A stretch of DNA of 64,000 nt from Octopus sinensis (Eukaryota): the NCBI RefSeq assembly GCF_006345805.1, contig NC_043002.1, forward strand, positions 33,170,001-33,234,000. Direction: 5' to 3'. Below are positions 51,744 through 64,000 of this stretch, piece by piece. The notes beneath the pieces are model-generated. The model had not been told where the DNA came from. It saw nothing but the letters and a program-made list of their open reading frames with translations, and made no database searches. The translations under genes were made by a program, and so were the position numbers. Position 1 is the first letter of the stretch; every line of letters starts with the position of its first letter.

Positions 51744-52356
51744 GTGAGTGGAAACCTGTCGCATACGCGCGTGTTTGTCTCACGCCGCTTGATAAGTGGT
51801 TAGGCTAAAAAGGAAAAGAAAAAAATACGATAGAACCAGCACCAAGCTTTAAAAAATAAGCATTGACGTAGAAGAAAGAAAAATCAGAGGAGGATGTACA
51901 GCACCCGAGACAATAGAAGACTGAGAACAGGGAAGAAACACGGGTTTAGCCCCTCAAGATCTATTTCCCTTGAATCTGTTTCTGTCCTAAGGACCAGGCT
52001 AAAGAGAAAAACCGTCTCCCAGGTGTGTATGCGAGTACAGAAACGTGAAGGTAAGGGTGTTGGAGAGAAAGAAAGAGGAAGTGATATAGAGAGAAAGCAA
52101 ATGAAAGAGATTGGGTAGGGAGATGGGGAGTTTAAACGTCATCTTGTGTGAGAGTATAAATGTCTGGGTGCGTAAGTGATGGCTGTGGTAAGGAAAATAA
52201 AATTTTATAGCAAGTGGAGAAGATGACGAATGTAGGAGAGAAAGGAAGTGGGGGAGATGAAGAGGAAAGTGGAGAAACAGAAAGAAGTATAAGGTAAAGG
52301 GGTAGAGAATTAAGGACTTCGAGGAAGTTAGAGGGGAGATAAAGGTGAGATACATA

Positions 52357-52568
52357 CGAGGGGGAGCTGAAAAGGTCCTGACTTTAAGGCTGTTGTGAAA
52401 GGCTTGGTTGGAGGCCCAAATTTCTGAGCTCTTTTACAGGGCTTAGAAAAGCGGAAGGATCGCTGCATTTGAATGTGAATCTGAGAGGGAAATATATTGA
52501 ATAAAATCATAACTGGTCCTCTTGTATTTGCTTTTACCCAAAGCCAGGAACTTTTCAGCACCCTCTTG
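52357..52568 (+). mobile_element. 212-bp mariner (irritans-type TIR) deletion derivative
   Basis: TA|cgagggggagctgaaaaggtcctg ... caggaacttttcagcacccctcttg|TA. Confidence 0.8.
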
Positions 52569-53377
52569 TAATTTGTGTGAGGGATAAACATAATCCATTT
52601 GGTTAAACGCCAGCCCTCACACCTTGGTTAGTCACGACCAGTTAACCAAAATTGTCATGAAGGGTTTGGTCGAACCAATTGACCCTTGTTCTAATTTTTA
52701 TGTTTACTGTTTACTTTATTTGAATTCTTCTTATAAGGAAAGAGTTGGTTCCCATGAAGGAAGCGAAGCCTTCTCACCAGAATTTGGACAAAAAAAGAAG
52801 TGGAGAATTATACGATTTTGCACTTCAGGAAAATCTTGTATAATTTTGCTCTTGTTGCGCTTACAGATTGTATTTACGAAATACGTGTTAACTGATTACA
52901 TCCTTTGCCTAAAATCACCATCTTTTCGAGTTTGTCACTTAGATATTTAATACAGTAGCCAAATACACCAATATTTTTGGTAAAAAATGTGTATTTATAA
53001 TCAGAATAGAGAAACTGTAGATTTCGAAGTAGCTGTACCTACATATCCTCCTTCCCAATATTTTGAAAAAAAAAAAAAAAAAAAATTATCAATTCAGGGT
53101 TTCTATAACTGCACATAATTTTTTTCCTTCTGCCCCAAGGAAATGTATCAGGTCCGTAATGCTTGCATACAGTAAAAGAGCTGAAAGGATTGTTCTACCC
53201 ACATTCCCTTTTAAAACTAAAATTATCCTTTAAAACGTAACATGTCCATCACTTACTTTCATTTTGTTAATTAAGTATTCTGCTACCATTTCTCACAGCA
53301 GTGACTGAAAATACGTTTCGTTCAAAATCTATACGTTCGAATGTACCACCTTGCATTAGTACGTTAATCTTAGTTCA

Positions 53378-53908
53378 TCTATATCTATAAAAGGCAGGAT
53401 GTGTGTGTGTGTGTGTACGTGAATGTACTTTATGCACGTCCTCAAATTAGCACCCATGTCGCTCCAATTTTAGGAGGACATTGGTCACAATCATGGTTGT
53501 GCTTTTGTCAACTTATTTTTCTCGAGGCACCCCCGGATAGTGGTAAAAATAGCTTTTCAATCATTACTTTTACCAATTTTCACGTCGGTGATTTCAGTAA
53601 GTTTGCTAACATGAGTTAAGTCCACTGTCTTATAGATTAATTCACCCTACTACAATGCCTCCGAAAAAATTAGATTTGGACTACCTAAGCAATCTCAGCG
53701 TAGGAAAAGAGAAAGACCTGAAGAGACTGACTATCAGCAGAACCATTAGTGAAATATTATAACTTTTTGGGCCGAAACCTGGCAATAAGAGCTTGCGGAT
53801 ATTCCGCTAAAAAACATTGAATAATATCGAAGCAGTAACTTTCATAAATCGGGGTGTAATTTTTGAAGACACTTATTGAACCCAGTCAACGACAGGTATT
53901 TCTGCTAG
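53378..53908 (+). mobile_element. Non-autonomous Helitron (531 bp)
   Basis: A|TCtatatctataaaaggcagg 5' end, decayed hairpin acccagtcaacgacaggt, CTAG|T 3' end. Confidence 0.7.
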
Positions 53909-55723
53909 TACTTACTAAAACTATATTTTAAAGGTAAAAAGAAAAAGAAATTGCTGTGCACTTATGATTTTATGTTCTCCTATGAAACTGACTGCCTTTC
54001 TATCAGAGCACTCGATAATTATGTAAGTTCATCCCTAATGTCAATCATTATAGCCAAGTGTCTTATAAATATATTGTTTATTTAACCCTTTCCAAATTTC
54101 CATGTCAGAAGCCTTTAGAGAATCATATGTAAGGAGTTGAATAAGCATTTCATATCACTCTAGTAGATCTGAGGCTAAAGGGAAGCTCACCGTGGACCAA
54201 AATAAATAAATACATAAATAAATGAAAGTAAAAATAGAATAATAAAGAAAAAACATAGCAGATTTTTACTATTTCGATAAATAATTCTGCAGCAATTTTT
54301 TTTCTTTAAGCTGCATCTGGCTTTTATTAAACCGAGGAAAAATATCAAAATTCTTGGCAAAAAAATCACTTGAAATGGTCTATTTCATTGATTTCCCATA
54401 TAGTATCATCTAACACAACTTATAATCGATGATTCAAAACATAGCCAAATTATAACGTCTGGAAATTCTTGAATTAATCTTGTAGCAACTCGAGTCTAGG
54501 TCCAGTACTCGCTCCATCAGAATAAAATCCAATCAAACTTTATATATTCTCTATCAATCCTTACATCATTTAACATTCGTGATAACATATATTATAAATA
54601 TTTCCTGTTGCTTCTAATTCTACGAAATCAAGAAATATTGTTGGCGAACAATCATTTTACCAAAATTATAAGTACAGACTTCCTTGTAATTAATGAAGAT
54701 GAATCAATAAAAATGCATCTTATTTTACTTGTTTTCGGTAATTTTATCGAAAATTACATATTTTCGTGGGGTGGAGGGACATACACCAACAAGAGTTACG
54801 TAAAACCATGAATGCCAACAATTCCCTAAGTGTATTGTATATTTAATCAAGCGCTCGACTTCGACCTCCATGTTTAACAATGGTTGTTTGTTTTTCTTGC
54901 TAAACAATAAACAACGTTTAAAATATTACTGGTTAGTTCAATATTGTTTACATTAGTTATAACAAAAGCTCTCATAAGCGTTTTCATTTTTTAATTCAAT
55001 TAGTACATTTATAATTTCATATTTATTTAGTATATTTACAATTTTCGATTTATAATTTTTGTCCAAGAATTTTAGATCTAATCTTTTATACTTTTCAATA
55101 TAAAGATACTAGCTGAGCTATCTTTTCAAGTCCAGATTTAATAGAAGTGTATGATTGCAATTCAGAATGAATTTTAAAGTAAAGGTTTCTAATTCTGCTA
55201 AGTAGCTAGTTTCAACTGATGGAGGAAATCTTTTCTCTACTTGCAGGGCTTAAAGGAACGGGTAGTGTCTGCTGAGGCGTTTGTAAGCGTTCGAGACCGG
55301 TGGTACTGATTCTAATGAATACTTCGCTTAAACAGTTGCAAGGCATTACTTGCAGGAATGACATGAAGTGGGAGAGAATACCCCTGTTCATGTCATTTCT
55401 TCCTGGGAAGAATGGACCAAGTGGAGTGATTAGTGCGGAGCGTGGAAGGCTGGACACAAGAAGAGAGATGAGAAAAGGATAGACGAATGGATCGGAAATA
55501 CCATAAATGCAGCATGTGCCCAGCCAGCTCCGAGGAGCAGCGACCATTACAGCAACGGCAGAAAAGGCTGAGAGAGGAGACAATGCAGCTGAGAACCTGA
55601 AGCCAAAACATCTTTGAGCAACTTTCATTTATGCTATGCTGTCTCCACTCCCCCAGCAAACAATACATTTCTCTCATTTCTTTCATCTAACTGGAAATAA
55701 GTAACATAAGTAAGTAAAACGAA

Positions 55724-55955
55724 GGCGGCGAGCTGGCAGAAACGTCAGCACGCCGGGCGAAATGCTTAGCGGTATTTCGTCTGCCGCTACTTTCTGAGTT
55801 CAAATTCCGCTGAGGTCGACTTTGCCTTTCCTCCTTTCGGGGTCGATAAATTAAGGACCAGTTACGCACTGGGATCAATGTAATCGACTTAATCCGTTTG
55901 TCTGTCCTTGTTTGTCCACTCTGTGTTTAGCCCCTTGTGGGTAATAAAGAAATAG
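55724..55955 (+). mobile_element. Full-length SINE family A with 16-bp TSD
   Basis: Direct repeat ataagtaagtaaaacg at 55706-55721 and 55956-55971. Confidence 0.9.
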
Positions 55956-56999
55956 ATAAGTAAGTAAAACGCACAGTTTGCATTATAGGCTATGATATAA
56001 ATTATTTTTGTTGGCCAGCTTCAGAATCCATAAAATTTCTCGAATAGTGAAAACAGGATGTTGCACAAGTAATGCATTTCTTTTAATGGACCATTGCAAC
56101 GAAACTGAGCTTTCATATGCTTGTCTTTTATTTACTTATGCCTTAAAATTTAAACCCAATATAAACCTCTGAAATTCACAGAACTCTTATTTAAATGACA
56201 TCTCTTGACAGCTGCAAGGTATCATTTTGTAACTGAAGTTCATGTATCAATACAGTAATCATAAATGTGTTTCTGTTTATTGCAGATCCTGCAAACTCTC
56301 AGACGATGAGTACTCAGTTGCAAAAATACCTGAACACCTGACTTGATGAATTAATGCATGACCTGACTAAGTATTCCACAGACATGTGTACCTCTAACGC
56401 TGGAATTCTCAACCATTTTTTACTTACTGTATTGGTCAGGGTTCTTGACAGTAATCCCGTTAAACTACCTCCTCTACGGCGTGTCTTTGCGTTTGTGTTG
56501 TCTCCACTCCAACTCCACCGCTTCACAACCAGTGTTAGTTTGTTTACATCCCCGTAATCTAGCGGGCCAGCAAAAGAGACCAATACAATAAGTATCTTAT
56601 CATACTTTAAAAATAACTACTGGGATCGATTTGTTCGATTAAACCCTTCAAGACAGTACCCCCCCTCCCACTGCCCAATATGGCCGCGATCCAATTACTG
56701 AAGCAAGTAAAAATTAAAAGAACATAAGTGAAGTAGAATCGATACAGGCGGGTATTGAAAGCTAGATTATGGATTCTGTCTATCAGAAGTTTAATTTATT
56801 TGTTTATTTATTTATCTATCTATTCTCGTGACTGTGCGGTAAGAAGCTTGCTTCACAACAACGTGGTTCCGGGTTCAGTCCCACTGCGTAAACACTTTGG
56901 GCAAGTATCTTTGACTATAGCCTCGGGCCGACCAAATCCTTATGAGTGGATATGATAGACGGAAACTGAAAGAAGCCCGTCGTATACACACACACACAC

Positions 57000-57000
<1 letters not shown>

Positions 57001-57037
<37 letters not shown>

Positions 57038-57082
57038 TAATAATAATAATAATATAATAATAATAATAATAATAATAATAAA

Positions 57083-57137
<55 letters not shown>
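57001..57137. repeat. (AAT)n microsatellite
   Basis: Directly visible tract. Confidence 0.95.
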
Positions 57138-57139
<2 letters not shown>

Positions 57140-57179
57140 GACCCTCCCGTCGTTATTCAACGTATGAGAGTTCGACAAT

Positions 57180-57865
57180 TTCTTATCGAACAGCCACACA
57201 GATGATTTGTTTATAATGATCAAATGCTTGCGTAGACATAAGCTCACTCCCTCCATCAAATCGACATTACCTCTACATGTGCAATGGGTGCCACACGTCA
57301 GATGGCGAAATGGTCGCAGAGCAACGTGAAATGAAGTACTTTGCTCAAGAACACAACGCAACACCCGGTCTGGGAATCGAACCCACGACCTCGTAATCGT
57401 GAGTGCAACACCCTAAGCACTGAGCCATATATATATTGTTGTGCCTAGGGAGAGTCATTATGTCAATATAATTAACGACTATACTTACTAACCACATGGT
57501 TCTGGGTTCAGTCCCACTGCATGGCACCTTGGGCAAGTGTCTTCTAGTATAGCCTCGGGCCAACCAAAGCTTTGTGAATGGATTTAGTAGACGGAAACTG
57601 AAAGAAGCCCGTCGTATATATGTATATTTATATGTACGTGTGTGTATATGTTTCTGTGTCTGTGTTTGTACCCCAACATCGCTTGACAACTGATGCTGGT
57701 GTGTTTACGTCCCCGTAACTTAGCGGTTCGGCAAAAGAGACCGATAGAATAAGTACTAGGCTTACAAAGAATAAGTGCTGGGGTCGATTTGCTCGACTAA
57801 AGGCGGTGCTCCAGCATGGCTGCGGTCAAATAACTGCAACAAGTAAAAGAGTAAAAAGAGAGTAA
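57180..57865. mobile_element. SINE C (minus, 57180-57430) and SINE B (plus, 57490-57865)
   Basis: Similarity to the other copies in the window. Confidence 0.8.
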
Positions 57866-57949
57866 AGAGACTCTCCCCAGACATAGTAAAATTTGTTTCA
57901 ACGCACGAATTCACATAAAGAATCTTACAAACCAGATGCAAAAATGAAG

Positions 57950-57981
<32 letters not shown>

Positions 57982-58336
57982 CACACAAGCACGAACACAA
58001 ACACACAAGCACGAACACAAACACACACACACACACACACACAACACACACACACAAAAAGAGAGATGATGACAAAGAAGTAAATGATTATCTTATGCAC
58101 TTCATTATCTTACATCTGTTTCTGCTATAAGATGCAGCGGACTCATAGTTGAGTGCCTGAATATCACCTTAGTGCTTCATCGAAGCCTCGAATATGAAGT
58201 GCAATTTATTCCTTTTTTTCTTATTACCACTCTATACACACCCAACACTTCGTTCTGAAACATACAAATATTGAGTTCTACATCGGCTTATTAGTATCGC
58301 AATGCCGAAGCGTCATATATTTATATATATACATAT

Positions 58337-58709
<373 letters not shown>

Positions 58710-58768
58710 AGAATATGCTTCAACACACGAACTCATATAAAGAATCTTGCAAACCAAATTCTAAAACG

Positions 58769-58843
<75 letters not shown>

Positions 58844-59285
58844 TGTGTATACATATACATATAGATATACACAGTAATACTTCACTTTTCGAGGACCCAC
58901 TTTGCGAGACTCCTGGTTTACGATTTTTATTTTTCAGCTCACTTTTGTAGGGTAAGCTGAAATGTTTCAAGCACAAGATCCAAATTTTGAACGAAATGCA
59001 AAAGTTCTACTACCACAACAAATGCTTCTGCTTATTACTGAGAAATTTATAGAGAGCGAAAACAAGATTGGACTTGTTTTTAAAAAAAGAAATCTACAAG
59101 TCCATGTACGAGTGCTTGTGAATCGGTGATCGCTTCTAGTAGTGACGGTGTACGCGAGTCTCGTACGAGTGAAAGTTATTCAGAAAATGATTATAATAGT
59201 AATTTTTTTAATTATGAATGCTCTTGGCATTCTCTTTACTTTACATAAATTACTCTTTACATTATACTCTTGTTTTATTGCCATT

Positions 59286-59317
<32 letters not shown>

Positions 59318-60136
59318 TGTATGTATGTATGTATGTATGTATGTATGTATGTATGTATGTATGTATGTATGTATGTGTGTGTATGTGTGTGTGTGTATGT
59401 GTGTGTGTGTGTGTGTCTTCATATCTGTCTTTGTCTCCCACCACCGCTTGACAGCCGGCGTTGGTATGTTAACATCTGCATAACTTAGCGGTTCGACAAA
59501 ACAGACCGATAAAATAAGTACCAGGCTTAACAAAAAAAAATAATAACTACTGTGGTTAATTGATTCGACTAAATATTCTTCAAGGCGGTGCCCCAGCATG
59601 ACCACAGTCTAATGACTGTTCCATGTAAAGAGAAAAAGATTCCACGCCATTTATCACACAATACCGTATACATTAATAATTCTGCAATACTTTGCACAGT
59701 TCTGCACTAGTTTGCATGTGAGTGCAATAAAAAACCTGTCATTTTGATTTCTATTCGAAAACGAAAATTATAATCCAATATGACACTAGCTCATAAATAC
59801 AATTTTATGAGTAAATCAAGCTGAAAACTTCTTATAAAATCTCTTTGATGTTGTGGTGAGTCGTGGGCCAGACACTATAAACAGACCACATAACACAACT
59901 TCCACCTTGATTTAATAACAATGTTTATCACTGGAAATCTCAAACGAAATTTTTCTCTGTTGTCATGTAAAACGTCTTTTATTTCATACAATCTCCGAAT
60001 CAAAAGCTTTTTCCCAAATCTGTCGTCTCTTGTTTATTTTCTTTTACAAGGCATGACGTGATCAACACGCTCAAACTCATTTCTTTTGGACTTGGTTATC
60101 ATCATCATCATCATCATCATCATTTCTACTACTACT

Positions 60137-60190
<54 letters not shown>

Positions 60191-60424
60191 TTGTCATCAT
60201 TATTTAAATGTGTATTTTATCTTTCAGCCTTTGTGTCCGTCTTTCTTTCTTTCTTTCTTTGTTGCTAAATTTGGTTGTCGGTATTATTTTTATTTTATAC
60301 TTCCTCATAATGCTCTGTACATATATACATACATGCATATATATATGCATACACACATACACACACACATGTACATATATATAGACAAACACACATCTAT
60401 TTACACACACACGTACACACACGT

Positions 60425-60464
<40 letters not shown>

Positions 60465-61258
60465 TCATATATAAAGACATACACATATATATACAGACAA
60501 ACATACACACATGCATATATACAAATACATACATGCACACACATACGAAGATAGATAGATAGATTAGATAGATAGATAGATATGGATATGAGTATGTGTG
60601 TGTATGTGCGCAAATGTGTGCGTATGTGCGCAAATGCGTGTGTATGTGCGTAAGTGTGTGTGCATATGTGTACACGTGTGTGTTCGTAGTATACGCGCAT
60701 GCACCCACACACACATAATATACTTCTTTACGTTTCTACATTTGTAAAGTGCTTCTATCGTCTTCTATGTTGTTATATTTGTTATTGATGTTGTTGTTGC
60801 AGACGTCATTATAAGTGACGAATATAGTGGTGTAAGACTGCACAAATATTCTAATTTTACCAAATTATTTCGGCCATTTGTGGAGAACACCGGAAGTCAG
60901 GTTAGGTAGAAACCATGTCGAATAAGTGTCAACTTCCGTTTCATTCCAAAGACATTCGGAAACAGCAAAATAGGTACATGAAATTCAAATTAGGTTTTCT
61001 TTTCATCCTCAATTTCATGTTTAGATACGTAGTCATCAATAGTACCCTCCTCTTCTGTTTCTACCTCTTTTTCATAAAAATAGTAATCCTCATCATAGTC
61101 GTGGTTGTCGTCGCCGCTACCACTATCGCTTTCATAATCATTGTCGTCGTCTTTGTCGTCATTCTATTTTATTGTCATTATTACATCGCAACCACCATCA
61201 CTGTCATCATCATTTTCAACATTATCTTACGCGTTATTATAACTACCACCATAATTAA

Positions 61259-61620
61259 GGCGGCAGGGTGGCAGAAGCGTTAGCACGCCGGGCGAAATGC
61301 GTAGCCGTATTTCGTCTGCCGTTACGGTCTGAGTTCAAATTCCGCCGAGGTCGACTTTGCCTTTCATCCTTTCGAGGTCGATCAAATAAGTACCAATTAC
61401 GCACTGGTGTCGATATAATCGACTTAATCCGTTTGTCTGTCCTTGTTTGTCCTCTCTGTGTTTAGCCCTTTGTGGGAAATAAAGAAATAAGAAACGTTTA
61501 GCGGCATTTCGTCTGTTTTTACTTTCTAAGTCGAAATTCAGCCGAGGTCGACTTTGCATTTCACTCTTTCGAAGTCGATAAAATAAATGCCACTCCTGAA
61601 ATCGATTAACTTAACATCCC
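61259..61620 (+). mobile_element. SINE family A plus a tandem partial copy
   Basis: Colinear with 51508-51743; a second partial copy starts near 61493. Confidence 0.85.
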
Positions 61621-62739
61621 CTAACATTTTTTTTAACCACGAGGATGTGAAACTCTCCTGTCTTCCGTTAATTTCACACCTTTCAACTTTGGTTTTGACT
61701 ATGAGGATTCAATTGCTATTCGATCAACTAAAAGAAACTGAATTAACAGCTCTTAAAATTAGCGTGTAAGCAGCTGAGCATTCCACAAACTCGTGTGCCC
61801 TTCCCGTAATTCTCAAGCAAGATCAGTATGATACCGTGTGGACAAGGGTGTTCCTTTGAATTACAAGTACAATCCCTCCAAAGAGCTTCAAAAACAAATT
61901 CTATCAACTCAGTTTTCACGATTTCACTTGCAAGGAATGGTTTGATCCGTGACTATAGAAAATGACACTCGCCCAAATGTTACACTGGACGCCTGAATGG
62001 TATCTATCATGGAGAGTTGTGAAAAACCCTCATAAGTTCCATATTTTCTTTTATTTCCTCTCCGCTTTCTTTTCCTTCTTCTTTACATTTACATCTTCAC
62101 CCTTTCAGGTTTCTTTAACTTCCTTTTAACATGTCTTGTCCCTCCCTATGTGTGCGTTATTGTAAGTACAGACACACACTCACATATATACATATATGTA
62201 TGCATAAATGCATGTGTGTATGTATATATATATATATATAAACCTCTGTGTGTGTATTCGCTTTTCACACGAAAACGGCTGGGGTGCATGAATAATTTGA
62301 TCTTGGATACATAATAGGGTTTCATTTCATTTTTTCATTAAAAATAAATAATATTGCTTTATATATATGATTTACTTCTTTCAAGGATTTTCAATGTCAT
62401 CTTCCGGTGTTAACGTAGCAACCGTTGCAGGCGAAACTTTTTGTTTTTATTTGCGAAACCTCTCACTCTCTACTTCAATGTTTACATTTCAAGTTTTAAT
62501 CCGCTATTTGCAAACAACTACGATAAATTATTGAAAGAAATATTTACTAAGCAAGTGAGATTTTTTATAAATTAAAGTTTTCAAGAAAATTTACTTTCTG
62601 AAACTTCCTTCTTTTTATTAAATATTTCGAGTTCACAAATTTAAATATTCAGTACAAGACTGTTTTTAACGAGCTTTTATTTATACGATTTTTTCATTTC
62701 ATGTTTATTTCATTCATTGTTTGCCATGTTCCCTTCCTC

Positions 62740-62759
62740 TCTGTCTGCCTGTCTCTCTC

Positions 62760-62835
<76 letters not shown>
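62740..62835. repeat. (CT)n/(CTGT)n microsatellite
   Basis: Directly visible tract. Confidence 0.9.
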
Positions 62836-62839
<4 letters not shown>

Positions 62840-63745
62840 ACACACACACACTGTTTCTGTAATATAAACACATACACACACGCTTCAGGTTTGATTTCGT
62901 TATTACACAAATACCACATTAAAATTTTGCAATTCAACATGAGGTATACAAAAAAATATGGTCATTCTTTCGCTTGAACCTACACACTTCGTTAATTTCC
63001 GTAAAATTTTTTTATTCGTTTACTTTTTGCGCGCCGTTTTCAGCTCTATGTATTTGCTGTCAGTTACACACGCACACGTGTGTTTTTGTATGTGCGTTTG
63101 TAAACATTTATGTGTGTGTGTGTGTGGAGGGGTGAGAGAGCGTGAGAGAGAGAGAGAGTCAGAGAGTGAGTGAAGGGGTGTGTTGTCATGAATACATACA
63201 TACATACATAAATACATACATACATACATACATATGCACTCATCTTTTTGTATGTGTACGTATGTGTGTGAGAGACAGAGAGAGAAAGAAAGAGTGATGT
63301 CTAAGTAGTACTCACTCTCTCTCTCCCTCTCTCTCTCTCTCACACACACATGCACACATACATACCAAAAGTTGTATGCATATTTATTTATGTATGTAAG
63401 TATACATGACAATACACCCGTCTCTCTCTCTCTCTCTCTCTCACTCTCTCTCCCTCTCTCACTTACACTCACACACGTCCATTTCAGATACACGTACGTA
63501 CGTACATCCTTCATTTTCTCCTCTCTTTCACTTTAAAACAAAAGTAAATAAATAACAGTTTTTTTACGGAAATTATCAAACAAAACCAGTTGTTCATTTT
63601 GGCATTTCTGCGGATTCAACCAAAAGAATGCCAAAATATGCTACTGTAAAAGGACATTTAGCAGCAAAGGCACGACAGCAGACAATATCACAAAAATTAT
63701 TAGGATTGGGAATCAAATGAGAGAGTATCATATGTATATATATAT

Positions 63746-63833
<88 letters not shown>

Positions 63834-64000
63834 TATAATGATAAATCTCAGAGCGAGTTATAAACAGTAGCGGCAACACGTCGTGACGTATATTTGCCAT
63901 TTGAATATGGCTAACCCCTAAGGGTGGATGCTACTGTAGTTTGTAGCCCCAGGAAGACACCTCCTCCAGCTGGCTGTAGACACATTTTCTGTGCCCTATC

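Noticed and set aside
58114-58254. 141-nt minus-strand exon with good splice signals
   Set aside because: Stop codons in all three frames; not a coding exon, though a non-coding exon is not excluded.
59142-63900. Numerous [16 protein letters not shown] ORFs
   Set aside because: Microsatellite translations.

Overview
Repeat-rich, AT-rich eukaryotic DNA. The SINE, LINE and microsatellite content suggests an octopod cephalopod genome; this is recalled family resemblance, not a database search. The only clear host gene is an intronless DPM1 ORF (44248-44976, minus strand). Most of the rest is transposon-derived: CR1-type and RTE-type LINEs (one near-full-length RTE/BovB-like copy), a 5'-truncated Penelope-like element (PLE; RT plus GIY-YIG), many PLE terminal remnants next to (TA)n tracts, five mariner families, two non-autonomous Helitrons, MITEs and at least three tRNA-derived SINE families. 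Most notable: (1) at least four different minimal type-I hammerhead ribozyme-like motifs with non-canonical cores (UUGAAAA, CUGUNGA, CCRACRA) in PLE ends, two of them inside long fold-back structures; (2) a very young non-coding 2.76-kb LTR element with near-identical LTRs, a tRNA-Trp PBS, PPT and TACG TSD, nested in a CR1 LINE; (3) several long palindromes and a local templated rearrangement. No CRISPR array, rRNA or true tRNA gene was seen. All alignments and folds were done by eye.
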